Below are positions 26,659-39,651 of a stretch of 64,000 bases of DNA, piece after piece. Made by a program: the position numbers and the translations under genes. The DNA lies in contig CM035360.1 in NCBI GenBank assembly GCA_020137815.1, positions 7,130,001-7,194,000 on the forward strand. The letters run 5' to 3'. Under the pieces are notes generated by a model. It did not search any database and had not been told where the DNA came from. It saw only the letters and a program-made list of their open reading frames with translations. The stretch is from Hormiphora californensis. Lineage: Eukaryota; Animalia; Ctenophora. Numbering within the stretch: the first letter of the stretch is position 1; every line of letters begins with the position of its first letter.

Positions 26659-27327
26659 CAGTGGTGGCCCCAGCCTGGGGTGGTGGGGGGGTGGCCACCC
26701 CCCCCAAAACTTTTCAAACAGGGGTTGTTGGGGGTGGTAAAATAGCTTTAAAATGTGTTCTAAATTGCTTTAAATTGATCAAAATCTAAAATTTTCCGGG
26801 GGCTTCGCCCCCAACCCGCACCAAGGGCTGAAAATCGTTAAAATATTGTTCTGAATTGCTTAGAATTGATCAAAAACTAAAATTTTCCGGGGACTTCGCC
26901 CCTTACCCACACCAGGGGCTGAACATCATTAAAAAGTTTTCTAAAAGGGCTGAAAATTGCTCCCACCAAGGGCTGAAAATCGATAAAATATTGTTCTAAA
27001 TTGCTTTAATTCATTAAAATTTCCGGGGCTTCGCCCCTTGTGACTGAAACTCGTTGAAAAAGTTTTCTAAAAGGGCTGAAAATTGTTTAAAAAAGTTGTT
27101 CTAAATTGCTTATAATTCATCAAAAACTAAAATTTTCCGGGGGCTTCGCCCCCTAGCCCCCACCAAGGGCTCTGCCCCTGGACCCCGTTGGGGGGCTGCG
27201 CCCCCCAAACCCCCTGCCGCAGCTCCCTCGGCGCCGCTTCGCGGCACCTCGGTCGCTAGGTTTGGAGTTGAAGTGTGGCCTTCGGCCACACCACCCCCCC
27301 AAAAAATCCGGGCTGGGGCCACCCCTG
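26659..27327. mobile_element. hAT-type MITE
   Basis: TIR cagtggtggccccagcc / ggctggggccacccctg; 8-bp TSD tcttcccc at 26651-26658 and 27328-27335; internal ggggcttcgcccc repeats, also seen inverted at about 23800-23960. Confidence 0.85.
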
Positions 27328-27777
27328 TCTTCCCCTTATTGCCCCTCTTATCTTCCCCTTATTTTGCCCCTCTTATCTTCCCCTTATTGATTGTTGCATG
27401 TCATAGGGGAGGAGGCACATAGGTCCGATGCTGAGTAATGACAGAACACCTAGGGGTGGTTAACCACGAGTCCTAAAAAGACTGGCTGTATTTTATGTAC
27501 GGTGGCAAACGTGGGCTAAAGTGTGTAGTGAACCACTGAACATGCACCACTCTGCCTTCTATAGGCTTAGTGGAACAAACCAGTTGTAAATTATGCACTC
27601 AGAGTCCTTCAGTTCAACTCCCATTTTATGTTGTCCTGGCTAACTCTAGAGAGATCCAAATCCCTTGCTAGTGATTCATGTTACTACGGTCACAAATTAA
27701 TTATAAAATCTCTTCTACCCAGCGCCAGCTGGAAGTGTAGTAGAGTCGGTTCGCCGCCTTTATTTCTAATGCTATGA

Positions 27778-30700
27778 TTGTCTTGTCTGTGGAGTCACGC
27801 CCGCAGACGTAAATGCAGTGAAAGAAAAATAATGATGGAAAGTTTTTATAAGGATATTAGCCAAACGTTCATTGGAACTCTAAACTGTCGTACCTTACGT
27901 ACAGTCGAACGGCAAGAGGAGCTGGCTTATAAGTTCTGCAATAGCAAACTTGGTGTGCTCGCAATTCAAGAACATCGGATAGTGCATGCACCGGGTGAGG
28001 TTATACGCATTACTCCGGCTGGGTCAGACTGCGTCCTCTTAACATCTACAGCCGAGAGAAACCAGAGAGGGGCTTCAGTGGGGGGCGTGGGGATCGCCAT
28101 GAGGGCAGCAGCGTGGAAGCTGATTACGGAGAAGGAGGTTGTCTCACCTCGCATCCTAAAGGTTACGTTTGCAGGGAACCCTCGTTTCACTGTAGTCTCT
28201 GTGTATTCACCAACTGAGGGCTACAGCAGAGATGAAGTAGAGAAGTTTCACCATGACCTAAGGGATTGTATAAACACTATCCCTGCCCACAATCTAGTGG
28301 TCGTGGCGGGAGATTTCAATGCGAAACTCGGCTGGTCGGATTCCCCCTCAGGATGGTACTACCACAAGAGCACTAGCCCTAATGGACTCTGTCTGAAGGA
28401 GACTCTACGGGAGGCGAATATGGAGGTTGCTAATGTGCGTTTTCAGAAACGGAAATGCCGCCTCTGGACTCACCTTTCGGACGGTACTCTCAGTAAATCC
28501 ACCAAGGACTATATACTAGTGCGTAGGAAATGGCGGAACAGTATCAAGGACGCCGATGTATCTGAGATATTTAGTTCTCTCGGATCGGACCATAGGGCGG
28601 TCACTGTTAAACTGAAGCTAACACTGCGGAAACGTAAAACACCCCCGGGGAGGACCTCTTACTGCTACGAAGAGCTGAAATCTAGCCCAGAACTGCAGGA
28701 GAGGTTCTCTGTGGAGGTGCATAACCGCTTCGCAGTGTTAGATTCAGCCATAGAAAACAGGGAAGATGCGACCGAGCGATATGGATGTCTAGTTGAAGCT
28801 GTTGGGCAGACGAGCAAAGCTCTACTGGGGAAGAAGCGAAAGAGGATCAGAGACGTGGTGGCTGATGATTTCAGGGTTAAACGAGCAAGGGAAAATGTGG
28901 AGACTGCAAGCCAGCAGTACCATTCTGCCCCATCTGAGGAAACCTTGGATAGAATCGGAACCGCGAAGAAGGACCTACAGAATGCGTACGAAAATGTGCA
29001 CTCTGAAATTCTGGAGAACAAGATTGGTAAGGTTGAGGTTGCTACTAAGCACGCCAAGACCAGGGAAAGCTGGAGGTTGATCAACGAAATTTCGGGACGA
29101 CACCAGCGAGAGCAAAGTCAGATTGAGGGTGACTCAGCCGATGATAGAGTTGAGATATGGTACAACCATTTCAAGACCCTACTCGGGACACAGGTTGAAT
29201 CGACTGATGGAGATCTGGAAATTCCGGAGATTCACCCTCCTGGCCCAATCGAAGTTGGCCCCTTTACTCGAGACGAGCTGAAGTCAGCGAAGTCTAGACT
29301 GAAGGAAGCCAAGGCGTTTGGGGATGACTCAATCCCTCCAGAAGTACTAAAGAGATGCGATGTGGATGACATTGTACTGGAGTTCTGTAACGGAGCACTA
29401 AATGGGGAAGGAGTCCCGGATCAGTGGCGAATAAGCAACCTGATCCCAGTCCCAAAAAAGGGCGACCTTTCAAAACCCGGCAACTACCGTGGGATAGCTC
29501 TGACTTCGATTGTAGCTAAAACGCTAAATCGGATGATCCTCCACAGAATTAGGCCCCATGTGGAAACTCTGCTCAGCGATAATCAGAACGGGTTCAGGGA
29601 AGGCCGATCCACTACTAATCATGTTCTCACTTTGAGGCGGATTCTTGAAGGTGCGAGGGCAAAGAATCTTCCTGTTGCGATGGTATTTATAGATTTCTGC
29701 AAAGCCTTCGACAGCATCAACAGGAAATCTTTGATGAAGATTCTCAGAGCGTATGGGATTCCAGCACGGATAGTGGACCTTATATCTTGGCTCTACACAA
29801 ACACAAGGGCAAAGGTCATTACCGCTGATGGAGAATCTGCTCTCTTTGAAATTGTTGCCGGGGTGTTACAGGGCGATACGCTCGCACCCTATTTATTTAT
29901 AATAGCACTGGACTACTGCATCAGTACGGCACTCTCGAGGCACCCGGAGATTGGTTTCACCATCCAACCAGCACGGGGTACCAGATCTCGACCGATTGAG
30001 GCTCAACGGGTATCGGATACGGAGTTTGCTGACGATCTAGCGCTCCTTGCCGACTCTACTGAACAACTTGGAACTCTGCTCAAGGAGGTGGAAACCGTGT
30101 GTGGCCAAATTGGCCTCCGTTGTAACCTTGGTAAGACAGAATTCCTGACAGAGGGCATCGATAACCCAGGGCAGTTAACATCTCTATCGGGAGAGAGCAT
30201 CAAGAGGGTACAGGACTTCAAGTATCTTGGTAGTTGGATCGCCGACTCCACCCGGGACATTAACACCAGAAAGGCTAAAGCATGGGTGGCATGTCATAAA
30301 CTCAAGAAGATCTGGAACTCGAGTCTTAAAGATGAGCTAAAGGTCCGATTGTTTGTGGCATGTGTAGAATCTGTTCTGCTGTACGGCTGTGAGACTTGGA
30401 CGCTTACTAGGGATCAAGAGCGTAGTCTAAACGGCACCTACACTCGAATGCTCAGGATGGCACTGAATAAAAACCAGTATCTCCTGAGGATGACCAACTG
30501 CGAGCTGTATGGTGACCTACCGATTCTCAGCACCAAAATAGCAGAGAGACGCCTGAGACATGCTGGCCACGCGTTTAGACACCCTGAGCTAACACTTCAC
30601 TCAGTATTGTTATGGGAACCCTCCCACGGTAAAACGAAAAGAGGGAGACCAAACCTTACATTCGTGGACACCATACGAAGAGATACTGGAGTGAAGAGCG

Positions 30701-30783
30701 TAGCAGAGATATCTTCAATGATGGCTGGCCGAGATCCTTGGCGAAAACTGACCTACAGCGTTCGAGAATACCACTCGCCTTAA
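27778..30783 (+). CDS. APE endonuclease plus reverse transcriptase of the LINE
   Basis: 1001-aa ORF: IQE, GDFNA, SDH (endonuclease); PKKG..NYRGI, DFCKAFD, QGDTLAP, FADD, KYLG (RT); first ATG at 27832. Confidence 0.95.
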   Translation: MSCLWSHARRRKCSERKIMMESFYKDISQTFIGTLNCRTLRTVERQEELAYKFCNSKLGVLAIQEHRIVHAPGEVIRITPAGSDCVLLTSTAERNQRGASVGGVGIAMRAAAWKLITEKEVVSPRILKVTFAGNPRFTVVSVYSPTEGYSRDEVEKFHHDLRDCINTIPAHNLVVVAGDFNAKLGWSDSPSGWYYHKSTSPNGLCLKETLREANMEVANVRFQKRKCRLWTHLSDGTLSKSTKDYILVRRKWRNSIKDADVSEIFSSLGSDHRAVTVKLKLTLRKRKTPPGRTSYCYEELKSSPELQERFSVEVHNRFAVLDSAIENREDATERYGCLVEAVGQTSKALLGKKRKRIRDVVADDFRVKRARENVETASQQYHSAPSEETLDRIGTAKKDLQNAYENVHSEILENKIGKVEVATKHAKTRESWRLINEISGRHQREQSQIEGDSADDRVEIWYNHFKTLLGTQVESTDGDLEIPEIHPPGPIEVGPFTRDELKSAKSRLKEAKAFGDDSIPPEVLKRCDVDDIVLEFCNGALNGEGVPDQWRISNLIPVPKKGDLSKPGNYRGIALTSIVAKTLNRMILHRIRPHVETLLSDNQNGFREGRSTTNHVLTLRRILEGARAKNLPVAMVFIDFCKAFDSINRKSLMKILRAYGIPARIVDLISWLYTNTRAKVITADGESALFEIVAGVLQGDTLAPYLFIIALDYCISTALSRHPEIGFTIQPARGTRSRPIEAQRVSDTEFADDLALLADSTEQLGTLLKEVETVCGQIGLRCNLGKTEFLTEGIDNPGQLTSLSGESIKRVQDFKYLGSWIADSTRDINTRKAKAWVACHKLKKIWNSSLKDELKVRLFVACVESVLLYGCETWTLTRDQERSLNGTYTRMLRMALNKNQYLLRMTNCELYGDLPILSTKIAERRLRHAGHAFRHPELTLHSVLLWEPSHGKTKRGRPNLTFVDTIRRDTGVKSVAEISSMMAGRDPWRKLTYSVREYHSP

Positions 30784-30832
30784 GTCAAGTAAGTAAGTCA
30801 AGTATAATCTATACAGAGATGGATTCATATCC

Positions 30833-32789
30833 ATGATCCAGCCGTGTCCGGACTGGTCTGAGCAGTATACTAAAAACCCTTTATCAACTACCAGTTACCA
30901 CCCTGTTTCAGATAAGAATGGTGTTATGTACCCCTTCCATAACTACCACGGTGGAACATGGGCAGACAGGATGGACGAGATGGAACAGTTCAAGAGCAGG
31001 GACACTGATCTTTATATTTGCTGCACTATGCGATCAGGTACTGCAGTCGGACCCCCTATTTATCGGACCCCCCTATTTATCGGACCCCCTATTTATCGGA
31101 CCCTCTATTTATCGGGCAACCCAATCATCCCGGTAAATCGGGGCTCGACTGTACAACATATATACACTCCTGCTGCTAATCTGACCGGGTCTGTAACATC
31201 ACGTTTCATCTGGCAGGTTCCAATTGGAGCCAGAACATGATAAAGTTCATCCTTGGCATGGCGCCAGAGATAGCACCTTCTGATCTGGCCAAGTGGCTTG
31301 AGGGACACTCTAACGAACAGCTGGAGGAACTACCCTCCCCCAGGAGATTCAAAACACAGTAAGTAGGAGAGAAAATGACGTCATAATAAGTAGGAGAGAG
31401 TAGGAGAGAGAATGACGTAATAATGTGCAAAATTAAATAATGTTTCATTTCAGTGTCCCGTACTCGAAACTACCCCCTGACTGTAAAAGTATCTACATAG
31501 CCCGGAACCCTTTCGATAATGCTGTGGCGAACTTCGAAATAATCCGTGGTTATGTGACCTTTGGTGCTGAAGGTAAGGTTTTATTAGCATGATGATTAGG
31601 TGATGATTAGGTGATAGAGACTGGTGGGGTAGATAATTTAAGGAGTGGTTGGGAAATTGGGGGTATATTGAGGGGAGGGGAGGAAGGCACTAAACCCGGA
31701 GCGGGTGGGGTATGAAACATAATAACCGGTTTGCTTTATCATATTACCCTCTCTGGTTGGGCCTTCTTGTACAAGGAACTAAGATAAGGGGACATGGAGT
31801 GAACAGTGAACCGTGAGAGAGATAGAGAGCACGTGTCACGCGGGTGTACTTGTTGAGATAGAAGTGGGACTTCCATTCTAGACGTATATAACGTCACGGC
31901 TTGATGTATTATTTAAATGACGTCATACAATGCACCACACCCTTGGTTGACAGACATCTCTAACACATACTGTACGTTCCTTATATGACACATGTTCCTT
32001 TATTACAGATTTGACATGGGACAGATGGGTTGATCTGTATCTGGAGGGTCGGTGTTTGTATGGAAGCTGGTTTGAGCACGTGGCCCAAGGAGAGAGGAGA
32101 GCTGAGGAATACCCTGATACAACACTCCTTCTAAGGTATGTTCTAACCCTCCTTTACATTAGTGCGGTGAAACAGGGTCAAGCAAGGCATGTATTGTTAA
32201 TACTTTCTTTGTGTTGTGAGACATGGCACTGTGAGTGAGACACATGGCACTGTGAGTGAGACATGGCACGTGGTTGTGGGCATTGTTTAACCAGTAGTAC
32301 TAGTGGTGGAAGAAGAGTGAAGTGCAAACATAACAAACACACTTGCTAATTATAAGATCATTGTCACAACTGTATGCGACACAAACTGCACATGTGACAC
32401 ATTAGTTAAGCCCCTCGATGGAAATGTCACAAATCGGTTTATTTACCCTCTCACTCTAACCACCCCCCCCCCCCCCCAGATATGAGGATATGAAGGCTGA
32501 TGAGGCGGGGACTGTTCAGAAGATAGCCAACTTTCTGGGGCACCCTGTATCATCTGAAGATGCAATTAGGATTGCTGAACTGACCACCTTCAAAAAGATG
32601 AAGAAGGACCCTACTGCTAACCACCAGTGGAACGATTGGGGTGCAAACGAAGGATTCAAGTTCATTCGTAAGGGAATCGTGGGCGACTACAAGAACTATT
32701 TTACCAAGGAACAGTTTGAGAAATTTAAAGATAAGTTGAATAAAAGCGGGATCAAATGTTATAGCGCCAGCGAGTTTTCCTTAGAGTGA
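30833..32789 (+). CDS. Cytosolic sulfotransferase (SULT-like), about 5 coding exons
   Basis: RDTDLYICCTMRS|GSNW (PSB-loop position), YIARNPFDNAV, YGSWFEHV, RYEDMK, FIRKGIVGDYKNYFT. Confidence 0.88.
31045..31151. mobile_element. Tiny MITE with tatttatcggaccccc repeats in SULT intron 1
   Basis: cagtcggacccc...ggggctcgactg ends; 16-17 bp internal repeats. Confidence 0.55.
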
Positions 32790-33595
32790 CGACTTAGAGT
32801 TGTTCTAATATCACCCAATTAATATTAATAAGCTGATTTTCGTAGTTGTTGAATCAGGACTATAATCCACCAGTAACCCCAAAATATCCCATCCTACAAC
32901 CATCCTATGAACGCATGGGGTGGGGATGTTAGGCGTTCATATGTGGGTGGGTGGTTGTTAGGCTTGTTCAGATTGCGGGTTCGCCACCCAGGGAATCTCA
33001 AAACACAGTAGTTCACCAAGTTTGCAACACAAAGTTCATCATTTACACATTCACGCATCACATAGATTCATAAACACGATCATATCAAAACTCAGGGACG
33101 GTCGATCACACAGACGAGACTCACACACGATGTTCGGTGGTGGGAGAGAGAAGAATCTCTCCTCAGTCTCTCTTCACCTCTGCTTAAATATCCCGTCAAC
33201 AAAACAGTCACGTGACTTCTGTACCAGAAACAATAGGGGTGCTACCAAAGTTTGCGACACGCTCTCCGGACTAGAACTGTTAACACCTTTCAAGTCAAGA
33301 TGGCGGCCTATTCAGATTCATAGATCTGAATAACTTTCCCTAAAAACTAAACTAAACTCTACTAGTAAAACCTGCCGATCTCACTAGCTCTCTCTGTCTA
33401 TCAATGCATTCCACAGGTCTAACCGGGCTCTCTCAACACGTTCACATGTCAATAAGCACCAGGTCATATCTAGAACTAAGGAAAGGAGATGGGGTGGACG
33501 GGGAACATGGGTATCTCTCATATCCCACACCTATTCTCCCTCCCATGTTACCCAGTCACCCACTCTCCCATCCTATTCTCCCTGGCCCATGTTAC

Positions 33596-33692
33596 CTGTT
33601 CTGCGGGCCTGTTTCCCGTCCACACCATCCAGGTGGTGGGATGCAGCGTGGAGCACAGCAACAACAAACCAAACCCACCGGGGAATACCCGA
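33596..33692 (-). CDS. EPT1-like gene exon 4 (CDP-alcohol phosphotransferase motif)
   Basis: AG|[32 protein letters not shown]|GT; starts in phase 0, matching the end of exon 3 at 42242. Confidence 0.85.
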
Positions 33693-34305
33693 CTGAAAGA
33701 TTGAGAGGGTGTTAGGCTGAAACAGTGAGAGGGTGTTAGTTAATAGGCTGAAACAGTGGGAGTGAGTAGGTCATGGCTCCATGAGCATATTTGTAAAATC
33801 CCAACAAAATCCTGCCCGAATTGGTCCTCTACTACAGCCTCGTACGATAGAAAATGTGCTAACCAAGTGAGAAAGACCATGACGCATGATATTATATGAG
33901 GGAGAGAGGTAAGGAAAAAACAAAAGAGATGTGTGTGTACATTACACACTGATGGCAGACAGGTGACTCAATTCAATGCATCATTATGTTGCAGTTTATA
34001 CACTCTACAACAGTTTGTAGCATAAAAAACTGTCACTCAGACACAATTTTTGGAAAGAATTCAAATATTTTATGGAGGAAATATATTGCATGTGTAACAC
34101 ACGCACACACACACATACACATTCATCCTTTGTAGATTTGGAGACATACTTCTCTCAAAATGAGGAATTACTGCCCTTCGCTGGCACACAGTAAATGTAT
34201 CATGAATATATATTCTACAGGTCAGGTATAGCTTATAATGGTCTGAATGTACAACTCTTGGCGTGGAGAGGGAGCTATGACAGAGAAAGAGAGAGAGATA
34301 GAGAG

Positions 34306-34376
<71 letters not shown>

Positions 34377-35142
34377 AGCGAAGAGAAGGATAGCGGAGGA
34401 GCAAAACGAGACGGAGAGAGCGATAGAGAGAGCGCGCGATAGCTCAGACGAGAGCGCGCAGCTCACTGCGTCGTTCGCTCCTCCCACTCTGGCCGTCCCT
34501 GGCGCGCCGTCAGCTCGCGCGCTCTCTGGCTGTCGCGCTCTCTGAAGTCGCTCCCCTCGCTGCGCAGCGCTCGCTCTCTCGCCCGCTTCGACTCCCCCGC
34601 TCTCTCCTCGCGACTCCTCGGCGGTCCGCCCCGTGGTCTCCGCTACGCCTCGCTATCTCGCGCCCTCTCGGTCTGCGCCTCGCGACTCGGGGGCCGCCGC
34701 GCTGCTCGCTAGCTATCGAGCTAGAGGGGGCTGCGGCGCGGCGGCTCGGGCGCTCCGTGCAGGCGAGCGGCGAGCGGTCGCTAACGCGCTAGGTTCTCGT
34801 CTGGTGGTTTTCGCCTTTTTCCCTCTCTCCTATCTAGACGAGAATTTACAGTGGTGATTTTTGCTTTCATGTTTTTTCGTTCCCATGATCAAAAGAAACA
34901 ATAATTTTAAACCGTAATCAGATAGGGGTGGAAAAGTTTAGGTAAATGTTCATCAGTGCATAAGGGATCGTTTGACAATATGAAAACAACGAAGACCCTC
35001 ATTAAGGATATGAATAGGGGGGAAATCGTTTTTCCGCCTCAAACACAAAACCCCAAATCCCCTTTTCCCCCGTCCCATAAGGGGGTAACCCCCCAAAAAA
35101 TTTTTAAAACCCCCAAAGGGGGAAAAATTTAAATAAACCATT

Positions 35143-35242
35143 NNNNNNNNNNNNNNNNNNNNNNNNNNNNNNNNNNNNNNNNNNNNNNNNNNNNNNNNNN
35201 NNNNNNNNNNNNNNNNNNNNNNNNNNNNNNNNNNNNNNNNNN
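35143..35242. other. Scaffold gap (100 N), preceded by low-quality sequence at about 34380-35142
   Basis: N run; garbled GC-rich and homopolymer-expanded sequence before it. Confidence 0.98.
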
Positions 35243-36129
35243 ACGAGTTTTGTAAGCCGTTTTTTTAGATGCTTAACGATCAGAGTCGATGCTCAAACTT
35301 TGCTCCTACTTCAACCGTTTTTGCTGTAATTGCGGAAAACAAAAACCCATCTTCGCCATCGTGGATTTTTTGTGATTTTGTTTTTGGTGATTATAGGGAC
35401 CCATATGGACCAAATAGTGAAGGAATTAGCTTGTTACACACTTTTCCATAGTTTCGGACCTTTCTTAGCTAAAATTCCCTAATTACAGGATATTGGAGTT
35501 TAGCTTTTGCCCTTTTCATAGAATTTGTTTTTCGCAATTTCAGCAAAAACGGTTGCAGTAGGAGCAAAATGTCTCTCAGAAGACCCCCCCAAAATCGGAC
35601 CTTCTGAATCGTTTAAGCATAGTCTCAGGTCTCTACGATCAGCCGTTTTTGAGATACAGGGAATTTATTTATTTCTGAAATGACGGCTTTCACAAAAAAA
35701 ACTCTGTACGACACACCTCAAATAAGGACGCGCCCAAAATTTATGGCCATATAGAGAATCGTTAGACGCAACTTTTGACCAATTTACAGCTTTCACATAT
35801 TTTCGGAACTTGGCCAAATATGGCGTTAAAGTAAAAAAAAAGAAATCCATCTCAGGACCGGAAATCAGCTCGGATTTCAAAAAATTTTTTTGTGGCTACT
35901 CACCTCTTTGTCCTCTTCAAATCCACAAATTTTTATGATCCTATCTTTACAAATGTATTTTTAAGATGCCAAAAACTTATTTTCAGTTCATTTTTCAAGC
36001 AGCTGTAGCAAAAATATGAATTCGACTTGAGAGCTCAAATTGCATATTTGAGGTCTCCTTGGCATGGCCTACAACCCTACGGTGAGAGATTTCCCTGCAC
36101 TCGAAAAAAATTTTTGGTTAGCGTACCCT

Positions 36130-36695
36130 TAATACTGTATCTGTGTACTTATCATTGTAAGACTGCGGTACACTGTTGAATTAAAAATTAGGTTCACTTA
36201 GCAACTCCTACTGTTAAAGTTTAAGAGTACATAATTTACCAATTCCCTTTTGAATTCACTAAACTCGGTTACCTTTCCAGGCATGAGTCCATTGATTACA
36301 GATTAACACATATTACTAATTGCTGAAGTACAAAGCAACAGATATGAACTGCATACTATCGGACTGTCTCTACTACTATATTTTGAGGTGGGTCTCAAGG
36401 AGTCATAATAGCATATGCTAATATTCCAGTATACTGTAGCAGTACTTGCCTAATGTTCGCTGCAATGTGACATTGTACACTGTACAGTTTACAGTGTACA
36501 CTGTACAGTGTACAGTGTATTAATACTGTATCTGTGTACTTATCATTGTAAGACTGCAGTACACTGTTGAATTGAAAATTAGGTCCATTTAGCAACTCCT
36601 ACTGTTACATAATTTACCAATTCCATTTTGAATTCACTAAACTCGGTTACCTTTCCAGGCATGAGTGAGTCCACATATTACTAATTGCTGAAGTC
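36130..36695. repeat. Local direct duplication of about 170-200 bp
   Basis: taatactgtatctgtgtacttatcattgtaagactgc...aattgctgaagt at about 36130 and about 36521. Confidence 0.8.
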
Positions 36696-38427
36696 ATATC
36701 CTGATATCCTGGCCATCCCTGTCCTGAGCGTGCGTGTGGTGGAGGAACCGACCTTCCTCTTTGTGAGCCATGTTATGTGGAGAGTGTGGATCTGATTTAT
36801 ACCCAGCTGAATGATGTAAGTTGGTTGCAATGGTGAGACGCACCTCCAACCCTTGAGCCACCTTCGAGTGATTCGTGTCAGATGACAGGTCACCGATGTA
36901 ACTTCATGTTTCTTCGTGGGGATTGGGGGGCTGCTCTCCTAGTGCTGCAGCGATATCACTTGAGATTATAGTCCCCTGTTATGTGGGCTTGCCGTTGGCA
37001 AGCCCAGGCACTCGTAGTAGTAGTAGTATGGTGACGACACCGACTAACCCCCCTCCTATTTACAGAACACTGAGCTGATCATAGAGCTGACAGGACCCCA
37101 GAAGAGCTAGTTACAGTTGACCAGACCCCAAAAGTGCTTGGCTCTATGGATTTATATCCTTTACCGTGCTAACATCATCAGTCATGAGTTAGTGGGAATA
37201 TAACAGCCCTATATTAGGGTCAAAGGTCTACTTACCTGCCAATTTTTTGTACAATCCACTCTATTTTTATCTTTCTCTGATCACTATTTCAATCAATCTT
37301 TCCCTCTCCACAGTGGCAAGACAGCCGACTATAGCAACAGAAACAGGATTCCTCTGGATAAACTATGATCATGTGACAGCACCAGCACAGGCCATCCCCT
37401 CAAGGTACGTGGCTCCATCCAGATCTATTCACAACTGGTTTTATACACAAGTATATAAGTAATATTCTATTCCTTTCAGAGGGATGTTATCAAGTTCGCT
37501 TCGCTCTCTCCCATTTATAGCCGGAACATTCTAGTTGTGACTGATTCCAGTGCTGATCATCAGGACTCAGGTAAGAAAATATTAGGTGCCTTAGGTGCTG
37601 ATGATTTTATATCTGATAGATCTTATATTTGATTTTATATCTGATAGATACCACCACACACATCAACTAACCCTCACCCTCTCCTACAGGCAGCGAGATC
37701 CTCCAAATATGTGGCTCCTGTCCAGTGGAACATCATGCACGATATGTTCCTTGGTTCTTTTACCGAAACCGAGGAAAAGGACGGAGAGGCAATTCCCATT
37801 GAACCTGATCGAGAAGTACCTGCCACCATGATGCTCCGATGTTCCGTGCCAGGATTGGACAAATATTTGGACAGTACAGTCTTACTCTTTCAGTGTAATA
37901 GGAAAAATTTTATTTACCTCAACTGCCGAATAATTAACTGTTTTAATGTCTAATGTACAACTGAGATGAGATATCAACACCCGGCCCACCGCCCAGATAT
38001 CTCATATCAGAGTTTGGTATGGTGGAAAAACGTGAGTGTAGAACTTTTGGCGGTATAGCACGTGGGTAACAAGAGCGCGCGGACATTGTAATGATGAAAG
38101 CATGCGTTGTAAGCAGTGCGCACGCGCGCGCACTTGGCGTGGATCAGCCATGGGGTGGCTGATTCACGCCAATGTTTTTTTGTGAAACGTTGGCGGAGAT
38201 CAGCCATGGCTGGTGGCTGATTCACGCCAAAAAAGTTTGTGTGTGTTTTTTTTTCATTGAATTTTTTTTTCGTAATTTTTCTTTGATATTTTTTCATCGA
38301 GAAAAAAGTTGGCGTGAATCAGCCACCGTAGTCCCCTCGTTGCGGGGGTGCGCGCATGAGGGGGCTGCAGCGCATTCCAATTGCTTTTGTGAAAAATGGG
38401 AAAAAAATGAAAGTTTAAAGTCGAATA

Positions 38428-39397
38428 CGGTGGCAGATTCCGGCCAAGAGTTTTTTCAATCAAGTGAAATGTTTTTGTTTGAAATTTTATGAAAATTTTA
38501 TTTCAAAATGAAAATAAATATGTCGTTAAAATTATTGGCCGGAATCTGCCACGCGGGTGGCAGATTTCGGCCAAGATTCTCAAAAAACCTTGGCCAGAAT
38601 CTGCCACACACGTGGCAGATTCTGGCCAACCAACTAAAACTTGTTTATATCAAAGCGAAAACCACTGTACCCGACTAATTTTGATACGCTGAATCACGTA
38701 AGATACTTTTCCAATCCCTCAGAGGCCGGGAAAGTGTCATAATTGACCATAATTGGGTCTAATTGACCCCACTTACAACTTTTCACCTTAAAACGATAGA
38801 CGCTTATGTGAAGGCACTTTTCCGACTAATTTTGATACGCTGAATCACGTAAGCAATTTTTCCAAGTCCTCAGAGATCGTCAAAGTGCCCTAATTGAACA
38901 ATTAAGGCTAATTAGACCCAATTATACCCAATTAAGGCACTTTCCCGACCTCGGAGGACTTGGAAAAAATGCTTACGTGATTCAGCGTATCAAAATTAGT
39001 CGGAAAAGTGCCTTCACATAAGCGTCTATCGTTTTAAGGTAAAAAGTTGTAAGTGGGGTCAATTAGACCCAATTATGGTCAATTATGACACTTTCCCGAC
39101 CTCTGAGGGATTGGAAAAGTATCTTAAGTGATTCATCGTATCAAAATTAGTCGGGTACAGTGGTTTTCGCTTTGATATAAACACGTTTTAGTTGGTTGGC
39201 CAGAATCTGCCACGTGTGTGGCAGATTCTGGCCAAGGTTTTTTGAGAATCTTGGCCGGAATCTGCCACCCGCGTGGCAGATTCCGGCCAATAATTTTAAC
39301 GACATGTTTATTTTCATTTTGAAATAAAATTTTTATTAAACTTCAAACTAAAACATTTCACTTGATTGAAAAAACACTTGGCCGGAATCTGCCACCG
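38428..39397. mobile_element. About 970-bp near-perfect palindromic MITE/foldback with TA TSD
   Basis: TA|cggtggcagattccggccaag...cttggccggaatctgccaccg|TA; arms mirror to a centre near 38915. Confidence 0.88.
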
Positions 39398-39507
39398 TAA
39401 AAAAAAAATCATCCGCGCGCTTGGCAAACGTTGCTGGCTGGGATAAGGCAGCGCTTTTCAATCCGCGCGCGCACAAAATTTTCTGGGTGAACCGGACACC
39501 CTGGTCA

Positions 39508-39651
39508 TAGTGGAAGCTCTTACGGTATTCCCACGACCGTGGGAAAAGAGAGATAGATAGAAATATTAAGAGAGAGTAATTTCTCTCTCTTAGTATTTCT
39601 ATCTATCTCTCTTTTCCCACGGTCGTGGGAATACCGTAAGAGCTTTCACTA
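39508..39651. mobile_element. Palindromic MITE, same family as 24966-25187
   Basis: tagtggaagctcttacggtattcccacg...cgtgggaataccgtaagagctttcacta. Confidence 0.8.

Larger units (their letters stand above)
26641..30802 (+). mobile_element. Apparently full-length RTE-type LINE (5' boundary inferred)
   Basis: Single EN-RT ORF, (taagtcaag/taag) tail at 30781-30802, candidate TSD tataatct at 26633-26640 and 30803-30810, 5' gcccctcttatcttcccc repeats. Confidence 0.7.

Noticed and set aside
34380-34860. GC-rich island with ORFs
   Set aside because: Garbled sequence following an (AG)n tract next to the gap; looks like base-calling failure
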